Shown: positions 10,448-18,599 of the stretch, in pieces | Numbering within the stretch: the stretch's first letter is position 1 | How the letters are laid out: each line of letters begins with the position of its first letter | From: Sinorhizobium meliloti | GTDB lineage: Bacteria; Pseudomonadota; Alphaproteobacteria; Rhizobiales; Rhizobiaceae | DNA length: 32,000 nucleotides | Assembly: GCF_017876815.1 (NCBI RefSeq) | Contig: NZ_JAGIOS010000001.1 | Location: forward strand, 3,240,001 to 3,272,000 | Direction: 5' to 3' | The notes under the pieces: generated by a model | Databases searched by the model: none | Told to the model about the DNA's origin: nothing | What the model saw: only the letters and a program-made list of their open reading frames with translations | Program-made: the position numbers and the translations under genes

Positions 10448-10921
10448 TCAAAGCGTCTTTGCGGCGGCCAGAACCTCGTCGGCGTGGCCGGGGACTTTGA
10501 CCTTTTCCCAGACGCGGCTGATCACGCCCTGCCGGTCGATCAGGAAGGTGGTCCGCTCGACCCCCATGTATTTACGGCCGTACATGCTCTTCTCGACCCA
10601 GACGCCGTAGGCGTTTGCCGCGGCCTTGTCCTCGTCCGCGCCAAGGGCGACCGTGAGGCCGTGTTTTTGTGTGAAACGATCGTGGCTCTTGGCCGAATCG
10701 GGCGATATGCCTACGAGCGCAATCCCGGCTTCCTGGAATTCCTTCGCCAGAGCCGAGAAGGAAATAGCCTCCTCGGTGCAGGCTTTCGTATCGTCCTTCG
10801 GGTAGAAGAACAGAACTATCGGCTTTCCGCGCAGCGCAGCGAGCGAGATCGAACCGCCGCCATCACGAGGAAGTTCGAACTCCGGGGCGACATCGCCTTG
10901 TCCCAATCCTGCCATGATCAA
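10448..10921 (-). CDS. bcp: Thioredoxin-dependent thiol peroxidase (peroxiredoxin Bcp/PrxQ)
   Basis: The 157-aa ORF has FFYPKDDTKACTEEA with the peroxidatic Cys context. Length and fold pattern fit Bcp. Confidence 0.9.
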   Translation of the reverse strand: MIMAGLGQGDVAPEFELPRDGGGSISLAALRGKPIVLFFYPKDDTKACTEEAISFSALAKEFQEAGIALVGISPDSAKSHDRFTQKHGLTVALGADEDKAAANAYGVWVEKSMYGRKYMGVERTTFLIDRQGVISRVWEKVKVPGHADEVLAAAKTL

Positions 10922-11331
10922 ACCTTTCTTACGTCACGTTTTGTGGGCATTCCGCGGTTAATGCATGTCCCCAAAATCGTGCATCGTCTTCGGGATCGAA
11001 TGCAACGCGCTTGAGGGCATATCGGAGATCGCCGAAGCCCGTCCAGCAGAGTTGTGATAGATTTGACAGGTGCCGGACGGCTTCGTAGCTACTGTATGAT
11101 CCTTTAACTCGGATTCGAGCGGAGGTGAAATCGTGCAGGCTCAATGCCATAAGCAATCTTGCGCAAAGGGGAAATGGCGAGTCTTCTCGCTCCCGCGAGA
11201 GGCGAAGCATGGTGATTTGGTGAGACGAGTATCGATCTAAATGGGGCGAATGAAAGATCCGGCCATCGCTTGCGTCGCGGCGGCCCGATGGGAAACATGC
11301 AATGGGGCAATCAGGTCGGACGCTCGTGCCG

Positions 11332-14300
11332 ATGACTGAAATCCGCGGCGAAAAAGTCGACTTTCGCAGGGAAGACATCGTCGCGCTGCATGCGTTGCCC
11401 TCGGCTCAAGCGCATGATCCGGTCATTGTGCACACGCCGCGTCCGGGCGGTGCCTGGCGCTTATGCGCACGGCTTTTCCTGTGCTGCTCGCTCCTCGTCT
11501 TCATCGCCGTTGCTTCGCTCGTCGCCATCATAGAAAGCGGGATCGTCGACGGACCGTTGAACGCCCGGGCGCGTACGGCACTCAATGCGGCGCTGGGTCA
11601 GGGATACAGCGCCGATGTCGAAAGCACGGTAATCCGCTTGACAGGCGGCGGCGCTCTTGCGCTCAAGGCGCGCGGCGTCACGCTGAAGGAGAGTGGCTCG
11701 GGCCGGCACCTCGCCAGGCTGGGTGCGATTTCGATCGCGCTCGATCCCTTCGCCCTGGCGACCGGCCGCATCGACGTGTCGAGGCTCGAAGCGGAAGGAG
11801 GCGAACTCGACACCGGCCTCTTGCCGCGCGGCGAGCCGATCGATCTCACCGCCATCCGCATCGCCGATGTGGGCAACGCGCTTGAAGAGCTGTTCGCGCA
11901 GGGGGACCGGATGTCACGGTTGACCGCCGGGCGAGCGACGCAGACCGTCGTGCTCTCGAATTTCAGCCTGAAAGTCAGCGGCGTCCGGGGGCGCGTTGTT
12001 CCCGTCGAAATCAAGACGCTGGAGTTCAGCCACGATCCGGACAGTTCGATGCGCGTTGACGGCACGATCGCAGTCGATGGGACAGAATCGCTGCTGACGG
12101 CAAAGGCCCTCGGCAACAATGGGCGCATTGCCGCCTTCGAGGCTCGCCTCGACGCGCTCTCGCTCTCGCCGTTCCTCTATCACGGCAAATCGGCCAAGGA
12201 GGAGGCCTTCGGCATCGAGGCCGCCGCCGATGTGACGCTCAACGCGGCTCGCGCGACGGACGGCAAGAAGCCGGCACTCACGGCAACCGTCAAGACTTCC
12301 AAGGGCGCCTTCCACGCCGGCGGACTCGTCTCGACTCTCAATTCCTCTGACCTCAACCTCTCTTACGATTTCGAGCGGGCCTCTGTCGAAATTTTGTCGT
12401 CGATGGTCAGGATCGGCCGTTCGAGCTTCCCCTTTACCGGTGCCCTGATCGACCTCGACAAGGTCGCCGGCGCGGACCGGAAGGGCTTTGCGGTCGACCT
12501 CCTGCTCAAGAACGCCAGTTCCGATCCCGAGGACCTGCAGGAGCGCCCGCTTGCCTTCGATGCCAAGGCGAGCGGCCGTTTCGAGTCGGACAGCCACCGG
12601 CTGATTTTCGATCAGCTGGCAATATCGAGCCCGCTCGGTTCCATGGCGGGGTCCCTCTCGGTCGCTTTCGGCAAGACATCGCCGCGAATCAGTTTCGCCG
12701 CACTCAGCGACAGGATGCATTCCAGGGTGGTCAAGCAGTTGTGGCCGTGGTGGCTTGCGAAGGGTGCTCGCCGTTGGGCCCTCGCCAACCTCTACGGCGG
12801 CACGGTCACCGATGCCCGCATAGAGGTCTCCATCCCTGAAGGGCGCATCGCCAGCAGCGGCGGTGAGTTGCGGCTGAACGAGCGGGAACTCAACATCAAT
12901 TTCGCCATCGACGATACGCGCATCAACATCGCGGGCGAGATCCCGCCGTTGCGCGACACGGCCGGGCATTTCAGCCTCAGCGGCGAACGGATGTCCGTCG
13001 CGGTCAAGAAGGGTGCCGCGTTCTTCCCCTCCGGCCACTCCGTCGCCTTGAATGGCGGCGATTTCGTCATTGCCGACGTCTATAGCAAGCCGCTCATGGC
13101 GGAGATGAAGATCGAGGTCGCGGGCCAGGCGGATGCGATAGCGGAGCTCGTCCGCTACAAGCCGATCCAGGCGCTTCAGAAGACGCCCTTCACTCCGGAG
13201 GATTTCACCGGCCCGATGAAGGCGCTGGTCGGTGCGCGATTTGGGCTCATATCCGACCAGAAGCCGCCACCACCGCTGTGGCAGGTGGAAATGCAGCTCG
13301 AGAACGTCACGATAAAGCGGCCGATCGCCGGACGTTCGATCGCCAATCTCGACGGTACGATGCGGATCGACAATGAACGTGCCGTACTTCAGGCGAACGC
13401 CTTGATCGACGGCGCGAAGATGCGCATCGCGCTCACCGAGCCGGTGGATGCCTCCGCCAATGTGAAGAGAACGCGGGAAATTTCCGGAACGCTCGACGAG
13501 GCGGCGCGGGCGAAAATCGCTCCGGCCCTATCCGGTATGGTCAGCGGGCCCGTCGGCATCGACGTATCGCTTGCGGAAGATGGCAGCCAGTCGGTGAAGG
13601 CCGATCTCGGTAAAGCCGTCCTCTCGCTGCCCTGGATCGGCTGGAGCAAGGGATCCGGCATCGCCGCAGAGGCGCATTTCACCATTCGGGCTACCGGCGG
13701 CATTACGGAAATAAACGACTTTCATCTCACCGGCGAAGGCTTTGGCGGCAATGGCGAATTGCGCGTCGATGAGTCCGGCCTCGCGTCGGCCCGCCTGGGG
13801 GGCGTGCGCCTGGCCAGCGGCGACGACTTCGCCGTTACGGTGGATCGCAGCAGGGGCGGCTATTCGATAGACCTCACAGGCACGGCAGCGGATATCCGAC
13901 CGGCGCTTGCCCGGGTGAAGGGCGGGGCCGCTGCTAAGGATGGCGGCAATGTGAAGATCAATGCGCGGCTCGATCGGGTCACCGGTTTCAACGGCGAGGT
14001 TCTCTCGAATGTGAACCTGGCCTATTCGAGCCGCGGCCAGCAGATCGACGATGTCGACCTTTCGGCGGTAACGGCAAGCGGTCAGGCCGTCGTCGCCAGA
14101 TTGGTGAAGGCCGGAGCGGACAATACGCTGGAACTGACAACGAGCGATGCCGGGGCATTTGCGCGCTTCATCGACATCTACCGCAATATGCGCGGCGGTC
14201 TCCTCAATCTGCGTCTGCGTGATCGGGGCGCCAATTCCTGGCGCGGAACCGTGGACATCCGCAAGTTCTCGCTCGTCGGCGAACAAAGGCTGCAATCGAT

Positions 14301-14718
14301 GGTCTCGACGCCGGCGGGGCAGGACGGGCGTAGCCTCAATCAGGCGGTTCGGCGCGATATCGATGTGAGTACGGCTCAGTTCGAGCGTGGTTTCGCGCAA
14401 CTCCTGCTGGATCAGGGCGCGATCCGCGTCGGCAGCGGGGTCGTCCGCGGCGTCGACGTCGGCGCGACGTTCCAGGGTACCGTCCGCGACTCCAATGGCC
14501 GCATGGACATGACGGGAACGTTCATGCCGGCCTATGGACTGAACCGCCTCTTCGGCGAGCTGCCGCTGATCGGCGTCCTGCTCGGAAACGGCCGCGACCG
14601 CGGTCTGCTCGGCATCACGTTCAAACTCACCGGTCCGTTCAGCCAGCCGAATCTGACGATCAACCCGCTGTCGATCATAGCGCCGGGCGTTTTCCGCAAC
14701 ATTTTCGAGTTTCAATGA
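11332..14718 (+). CDS. Large AsmA/YhdP-family envelope protein (N-terminal TM anchor, DUF3971/AsmA_2-like C-terminus)
   Basis: An ORF of roughly 1130 aa with an N-terminal hydrophobic helix (LFLCCSLLVFIAVASLVAII). The C-terminus LFGELPLIGVLLGNGRDRGLLGITFKLTGPFSQPNLTINPLS is typical of AsmA-like proteins. The start is either 11302 or 11332. Confidence 0.8.
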   Translation: MTEIRGEKVDFRREDIVALHALPSAQAHDPVIVHTPRPGGAWRLCARLFLCCSLLVFIAVASLVAIIESGIVDGPLNARARTALNAALGQGYSADVESTVIRLTGGGALALKARGVTLKESGSGRHLARLGAISIALDPFALATGRIDVSRLEAEGGELDTGLLPRGEPIDLTAIRIADVGNALEELFAQGDRMSRLTAGRATQTVVLSNFSLKVSGVRGRVVPVEIKTLEFSHDPDSSMRVDGTIAVDGTESLLTAKALGNNGRIAAFEARLDALSLSPFLYHGKSAKEEAFGIEAAADVTLNAARATDGKKPALTATVKTSKGAFHAGGLVSTLNSSDLNLSYDFERASVEILSSMVRIGRSSFPFTGALIDLDKVAGADRKGFAVDLLLKNASSDPEDLQERPLAFDAKASGRFESDSHRLIFDQLAISSPLGSMAGSLSVAFGKTSPRISFAALSDRMHSRVVKQLWPWWLAKGARRWALANLYGGTVTDARIEVSIPEGRIASSGGELRLNERELNINFAIDDTRINIAGEIPPLRDTAGHFSLSGERMSVAVKKGAAFFPSGHSVALNGGDFVIADVYSKPLMAEMKIEVAGQADAIAELVRYKPIQALQKTPFTPEDFTGPMKALVGARFGLISDQKPPPPLWQVEMQLENVTIKRPIAGRSIANLDGTMRIDNERAVLQANALIDGAKMRIALTEPVDASANVKRTREISGTLDEAARAKIAPALSGMVSGPVGIDVSLAEDGSQSVKADLGKAVLSLPWIGWSKGSGIAAEAHFTIRATGGITEINDFHLTGEGFGGNGELRVDESGLASARLGGVRLASGDDFAVTVDRSRGGYSIDLTGTAADIRPALARVKGGAAAKDGGNVKINARLDRVTGFNGEVLSNVNLAYSSRGQQIDDVDLSAVTASGQAVVARLVKAGADNTLELTTSDAGAFARFIDIYRNMRGGLLNLRLRDRGANSWRGTVDIRKFSLVGEQRLQSMVSTPAGQDGRSLNQAVRRDIDVSTAQFERGFAQLLLDQGAIRVGSGVVRGVDVGATFQGTVRDSNGRMDMTGTFMPAYGLNRLFGELPLIGVLLGNGRDRGLLGITFKLTGPFSQPNLTINPLSIIAPGVFRNIFEFQ

Positions 14719-14720
14719 AA

Positions 14721-14742
14721 AGGCCGGCGCTGCGGCCGGCCT
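14721..14742. terminator. Bidirectional stem-loop between convergent AsmA-like gene and tyrS
   Basis: AGGCCGGC (14721-14728), loop GCTGCG, then GCCGGCCT (14735-14742) form a perfect 8-bp GC-rich stem. The flank is A-rich on plus, which gives a T-run on the tyrS side. Confidence 0.6.
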
Positions 14743-14766
14743 CCGGTTACCGAATGTCTCGCCCGC

Positions 14767-16020
14767 TCACACTGGCCGAACGAGCAGGTGCTTCTTCTTG
14801 CCGAGCGAGAGCTTGATGACGCCGTCGCCGGTCACGTCGCCGCTTCCAATGACGCGGCGTTCGTCGCTGACCTGATCGTCATTGATCCGGACGGCGCCGC
14901 CCTGAACATGGCGGCGCGCCTCGCCGTTCGAAGCGGCGAGGCCGGCGCGGACCAGAAGCGTCAGCAGGCCAAGCCCCGATTCGAGTTCGGGAGCCGGGAC
15001 CTCGACCGAGGGCAGGTTCTCGGCAAGCGCACCTTCCTCGAAGGTCTTGCGCGCCGTTTCGGCTGCCTGTTCCGCCGCCGCCCGCCCGTGCAGCATGGCG
15101 GTAACCTCGGTTGCCAGAACCTTCTTGACCTCGTTGATCTCGGAACCGCCGAGCTTCGACAGCCGGTTGATTTCAGCCATCGGCAGGGTGGTGTAGAGCT
15201 TGAGGAAGCGTGCGACGTCGGCGTCCTCTGTGTTTCGCCAGTACTGCCAGAACTCGTAGGGGCCGAGCATATCCGGATTGAGCCAGACGGCACCGCTCAA
15301 GGATTTGCCCATCTTCGCGCCGGAGGCGGTGGTCAGCAGCGGCGAGGTGAGGGCGTAGAGCTGCGGCGTTCCCATCCGGTGGCCGAGATCGATGCCATTG
15401 ACGATGTTGCCCCACTGGTCCGAACCGCCCATCTGGAGCCGGCATCCGGTGCGCTCGTAAAGCTCGACGAAATCGTAGGCCTGCAGGATCATGTAGTTGA
15501 ATTCGAGGAAGGACAGCGACTGTTCGCGCTCGAGCCGCATCTTCACGCTGTCGAACGACAGCATGCGGTTCACCGAGAAGTGGCGGCCGACGTCGCGCAG
15601 GAATTCGAGATAGTTGATGCCGAGCAGCCAGTCGGCATTGTTGATCATCAGCGCGTCCTTGGGGCCGTCGCCGTATCTCAGGTAGTTCGAAAAGACCGTC
15701 TTGATGCTCGCTATGTTGGCGGCGATCGTTTCGGGCGTCATCAGTTGCCGCGCCTCGTCCTTGAAGGACGGGTCGCCGACCATGCCCGTGCCGCCGCCCA
15801 TCAGCGAAATGGGTCGGTGTCCGGTCGCCTGCAGCCAGTGCAGCATCATGATCTGAATGAGCCCGCCGGCGTGCAGGCTCGCAGCCGTGGGGTCGAAGCC
15901 GATATAGGCAGTCACAGTTTCCGTACGGAACAGCTGGTCGAGGCCGGCATCATCCGATGTCTGATGGATGAAACCGCGTTCGCTGAGAGTATGAAGGAAA
16001 TCGGACTTGAACTCGGACAT
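14767..16020 (-). CDS. tyrS: Tyrosine--tRNA ligase
   Basis: The 417-aa ORF has a class I HIGH-like motif (AASLHAGG), KMGKS (GAKMGKS) and a C-terminal S4-like domain. Confidence 0.97.
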   Translation of the reverse strand: MSEFKSDFLHTLSERGFIHQTSDDAGLDQLFRTETVTAYIGFDPTAASLHAGGLIQIMMLHWLQATGHRPISLMGGGTGMVGDPSFKDEARQLMTPETIAANIASIKTVFSNYLRYGDGPKDALMINNADWLLGINYLEFLRDVGRHFSVNRMLSFDSVKMRLEREQSLSFLEFNYMILQAYDFVELYERTGCRLQMGGSDQWGNIVNGIDLGHRMGTPQLYALTSPLLTTASGAKMGKSLSGAVWLNPDMLGPYEFWQYWRNTEDADVARFLKLYTTLPMAEINRLSKLGGSEINEVKKVLATEVTAMLHGRAAAEQAAETARKTFEEGALAENLPSVEVPAPELESGLGLLTLLVRAGLAASNGEARRHVQGGAVRINDDQVSDERRVIGSGDVTGDGVIKLSLGKKKHLLVRPV

Positions 16021-16164
16021 AACCTGTCTCTTTCGGCTGGGTAGAACGTGTGCGCCGGGCCTTTATCATTGTTTCTTCGAAAGTGCACGTTTTTGCTTGC
16101 CGGGTGTTTTGCTATGAACGCAGATGCGGGTCGGAGGCGGCGCGCGTTCGGCGGAGGATAATGC

Positions 16165-17316
16165 ATGGGCAGAGTATTGACGGCGATCGGACTGATGAGC
16201 GGCACGAGCATGGACGGCATAGATATCGCAGTCGTGCGAACCGACGGCGACAGCATCGTCGATCGCGGCCCGTCTGCCGGATATGCCTATGATCCGCGGT
16301 TCCGGGAGCGCCTGAAACAGGGCCTCGAAGACGCCCGGTCGATTCTCAAACGAGAAGAGCGGCCGGGTACCCTCGCAGACCTCGAGCGCGACCTGACGCT
16401 GCGGCACGCACTCGCGGTTCGGATGTTTCTCCAGGAAAACAATATTTTGCCGGATAATGTTAATGTAATAGGTTTTCACGGACAAACCGTCCTGCATCGC
16501 CCTGATCAAGCGTTGACGGTACAGCTTGGCGATGGCGAGCTGCTGGCGCGGGAAACCGGGATCGACGTGGTCTACGACATGCGGGCCAATGACATGACCC
16601 ATGGAGGCCAGGGCGCACCCCTCATTCCCGCCTATCACGCCGCCCTGGCGCGCGGTCTCTCCAAAGTCGGGGAGATTGCCACTCCCGTCGTCTTCGTCAA
16701 TATCGGCGGCATTTCCAATCTCACCTACATAGGCGCAGGCGAAGAAATCGTCGCCTATGACAGCGGACCCGGCAATACGCTGATCGATCAATGGGTGGAG
16801 GCTCACGCCGGTATTCCCTACGACCAGGGCGGCATGATCGCGAGCGAGGGCGGCGTCCTGCGGGAACTCGCCGACCGTTATCTTTCTCACCCGTTTTTCA
16901 GCGCCGAGAAACGCCGCTCGCTCGACCGTAACGATTTCGCGCCGCCGGCGGCAGGCGATGCCAGCCTCGAGGATGGGGCGCGTACCCTCGCTCATGTAAC
17001 GGCCGCCGGCATCGTCCGGTCCGCGCGCCATCTTCCGGCAAATCCGGCAACCTACATTGTCTGCGGCGGCGGCCGCCTGAATTCCGTCATCATGAGCGAC
17101 CTTCACGCGCTTGCCGAAGCGGAGGGCGCGCGCGTGCTTGCCGCAGAAGCGCTGGATCTGAACGGCGATTCGATGGAAGCCGAGGCCTGGGCCTATCTCG
17201 CCGTGAGATCGCGATACTGCCTGCCTTTGACCTATCCTGGAACGACGGGCGTCAGCTGTCCGGTAAGCGGGGGTAGGCTCGCGGCAAAGCCGGGGCGGAT
17301 TGCGGCCGTTTCATGA
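16165..17316 (+). CDS. anmK: Anhydro-N-acetylmuramic acid kinase
   Basis: The 383-aa ORF has the N-terminal [14 protein letters not shown] signature. A GGAGG Shine-Dalgarno sequence lies 7 nt upstream of the ATG. Confidence 0.95.
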
Positions 17317-17337
17317 GTTCTTCGTGCGCGTTCGTCG

Positions 17338-17652
17338 TCACAGACGTTCACGGCTGCCGCGCCTCAATTGCGTCATGCCGCCGCCGGACCTCGGCCAAAC
17401 GGCCGCCTCCATATCGTCCAGCGATTTCGGCTCGCCGCTGAAGGACAGCAACCCGAACACGTCCTTCGGCTCGGATGGCTCAAATAACGGTGCGTGTTTC
17501 AGCAGGACACCGTCCGGGGTCTCTTCCACGATCAGGCGGGTGCCGGCGTCCCATTCCAGCCGCTGGCGGATGACCTTGGGCAGGATGACCTGCCCTTGTC
17601 GAAACCGGCGTCTCGAGATGCTCGGCTTTCGGCACCGGATAGTCCTCCGCAA
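17338..17652 (-). CDS. SpoVT/AbrB-domain antitoxin-like protein (VapB/MazE-like), orphan and possibly frame-disrupted
   Basis: The core GQVILPKVIRQRLEWDAGTRLIVEETPDGVLLK is a SpoVT/AbrB swapped-hairpin motif, followed by the typical VFGLL...SLDDMEAAV region. There is no toxin ORF downstream. Anomalies at both the start and the C-terminus are described in the findings. Confidence 0.5.
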   Translation of the reverse strand: MRRTIRCRKPSISRRRFRQGQVILPKVIRQRLEWDAGTRLIVEETPDGVLLKHAPLFEPSEPKDVFGLLSFSGEPKSLDDMEAAVWPRSGGGMTQLRRGSRERL

Positions 17653-17703
17653 GACAGAAGTAAGTCAGGCCTTGAGCACCTCTGCAGCAACGGGCGGCGC
17701 CGT

Positions 17704-18381
17704 TCAGCGAATGCGCTTCGCTGCCGGCTCAGGTACCAGTTCGCCGTTGAGACGGCGGTCGAGATAGTCTTCGCATTCGGCCATGAGGGTTTCGACCTGG
17801 CCATTGAAGAAGTGGTTGGCGCCTGGGACCGTCTTATGGGTGATCAGTATGCCCTTCTGCGCCTTGAGCTTCTCGACGAGCCCATTGACGTCCTTCTCCG
17901 GCGCGACCTTGTCGGAATCGCCGTTGATGATCAGGCCGGAGGAGGGGCAGGGCGCCAGGAAGGAGAAGTCGTAGATGTTCGGCTGCGGTGCCACCGCCAT
18001 GAAGCCCTCGATTTCCGGACGCCGCATCAGCAGCTGCATGCCGATCCAGGCGCCGAACGAGTAGCCGGCGACCCAGCAGCTCTTGGAATCCGGGTGCAGG
18101 CTCTGCACCCAGTCGAGCGCGGACGCCGCGTCGGAAAGCTCGCCGGCACCATGGTCGAATTCGCCCTGGCTGCGACCGATGCCCCGGAAGTTGAAGCGCA
18201 AGGTGGTAAAGCCGCGCTTCTGAAACATGTAGAAGAGCTGGTATACGATCTGGTTGTTCATCGTGCCGCCGAACTGCGGGTGCGGATGCAGGATGATCGC
18301 AATCGGTGCGCTCTTCTGCTTCGAAGGCTGATATCGGCCCTCGAGGCGACCGGCCGGTCCGTTGAAGATGATTTCGGGCAT
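17704..18381 (-). CDS. Alpha/beta hydrolase (COG2945-like)
   Basis: From the ATG at 18381 (GGAGAG SD upstream) the protein reads MPEIIFNGPAGRLEGRY. The nucleophile elbow GYSFGA is present. The track start at 18483 adds 34 unsupported residues. Confidence 0.85.
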   Translation of the reverse strand: MPEIIFNGPAGRLEGRYQPSKQKSAPIAIILHPHPQFGGTMNNQIVYQLFYMFQKRGFTTLRFNFRGIGRSQGEFDHGAGELSDAASALDWVQSLHPDSKSCWVAGYSFGAWIGMQLLMRRPEIEGFMAVAPQPNIYDFSFLAPCPSSGLIINGDSDKVAPEKDVNGLVEKLKAQKGILITHKTVPGANHFFNGQVETLMAECEDYLDRRLNGELVPEPAAKRIR

Positions 18382-18434
18382 TGGCTCTCCGGGAGTGCTT
18401 TGGTTCAATTCCGTCGTTCTTGGTGCCGATCTGT

Positions 18435-18463
18435 CTTGACTAAACCAGTCAGCTTTTCTAGAA
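18435..18463 (+). promoter_or_regulatory. Candidate sigma70 promoter for the suf operon
   Basis: CTTGAC (18435-18440), a 17-nt spacer, then CTAGAA (18458-18463). The published S. meliloti consensus is CTTGAC-N17-CTATAT, so -35 matches 6/6 and -10 matches 4/6. It lies about 140 nt upstream of the first suf gene. Confidence 0.4.
18437..18451. promoter_or_regulatory. IRO-like palindrome (TGA-N9-TCA; candidate RirA operator)
   Basis: TGACT-AAACC-AGTCA forms 5-bp inverted arms and fits the TGA-N9-TCA pattern. It overlaps the candidate -35 and spacer. Confidence 0.35.
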
Positions 18464-18468
18464 CCTAC

Positions 18469-18485
18469 TTTAGAACCGTTCAAAA
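18469..18485. promoter_or_regulatory. ICE-like motif (candidate Irr binding site)
   Basis: TTTAGAA-CCG-TTCAAAA matches the ICE consensus TTTAGAA-N3-TTCTAAA at 13 of 14 specified positions. A related palindrome TTCTAGAA sits at 18456-18463. Confidence 0.4.
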
Positions 18486-18599
18486 CTTTGGTGCGGGCGT
18501 CCGCATGAGCTTCGTCTCTTAAGGCAAGCGGCGCGGAAAATTCAAGGAAAATGCAACGGGCCGCTCGAAGCGGTCGCAGCAGGCCTAGCGAAGGAATCG

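Noticed and set aside
11241-11339. 32-codon upstream ORF (MGRMKDPAIACVAAARWETCNGAIRSDARADD) ending in an overlap with the ATG at 11332 of the AsmA-like gene
   Set aside because: It has no Shine-Dalgarno sequence, unremarkable codon bias (about 62% GC3) and no conservation evidence available to me. It cannot be distinguished from chance.
10929-11378. 149-aa minus-strand ORF filling the bcp / AsmA-like intergenic region
   Set aside because: GC3 is only about 53% over the last 57 codons by hand count, versus strongly GC-biased third positions in real genes here. There is no recognisable motif, and it overlaps the start of the AsmA-like gene. I treated it as non-coding and reported the region as a candidate regulatory/sRNA region instead.
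17317-17337. Search for a toxin gene partnering the AbrB-type antitoxin-like ORF
   Set aside because: Only 21 nt separate the ORF end from the convergent anmK stop. The upstream 51 nt (17653-17703) abut the hydrolase gene. No PIN/MazF/RelE-sized ORF exists on either side, so no TA system can be called.
18402-18412. GGTTCAATTCC string resembling a tRNA T-loop in the hydrolase/suf intergenic region
   Set aside because: The flanking bases do not form a T-stem, and no acceptor, D or anticodon arms can be drawn on either strand. It is not a tRNA or a tRNA fragment that I can support.
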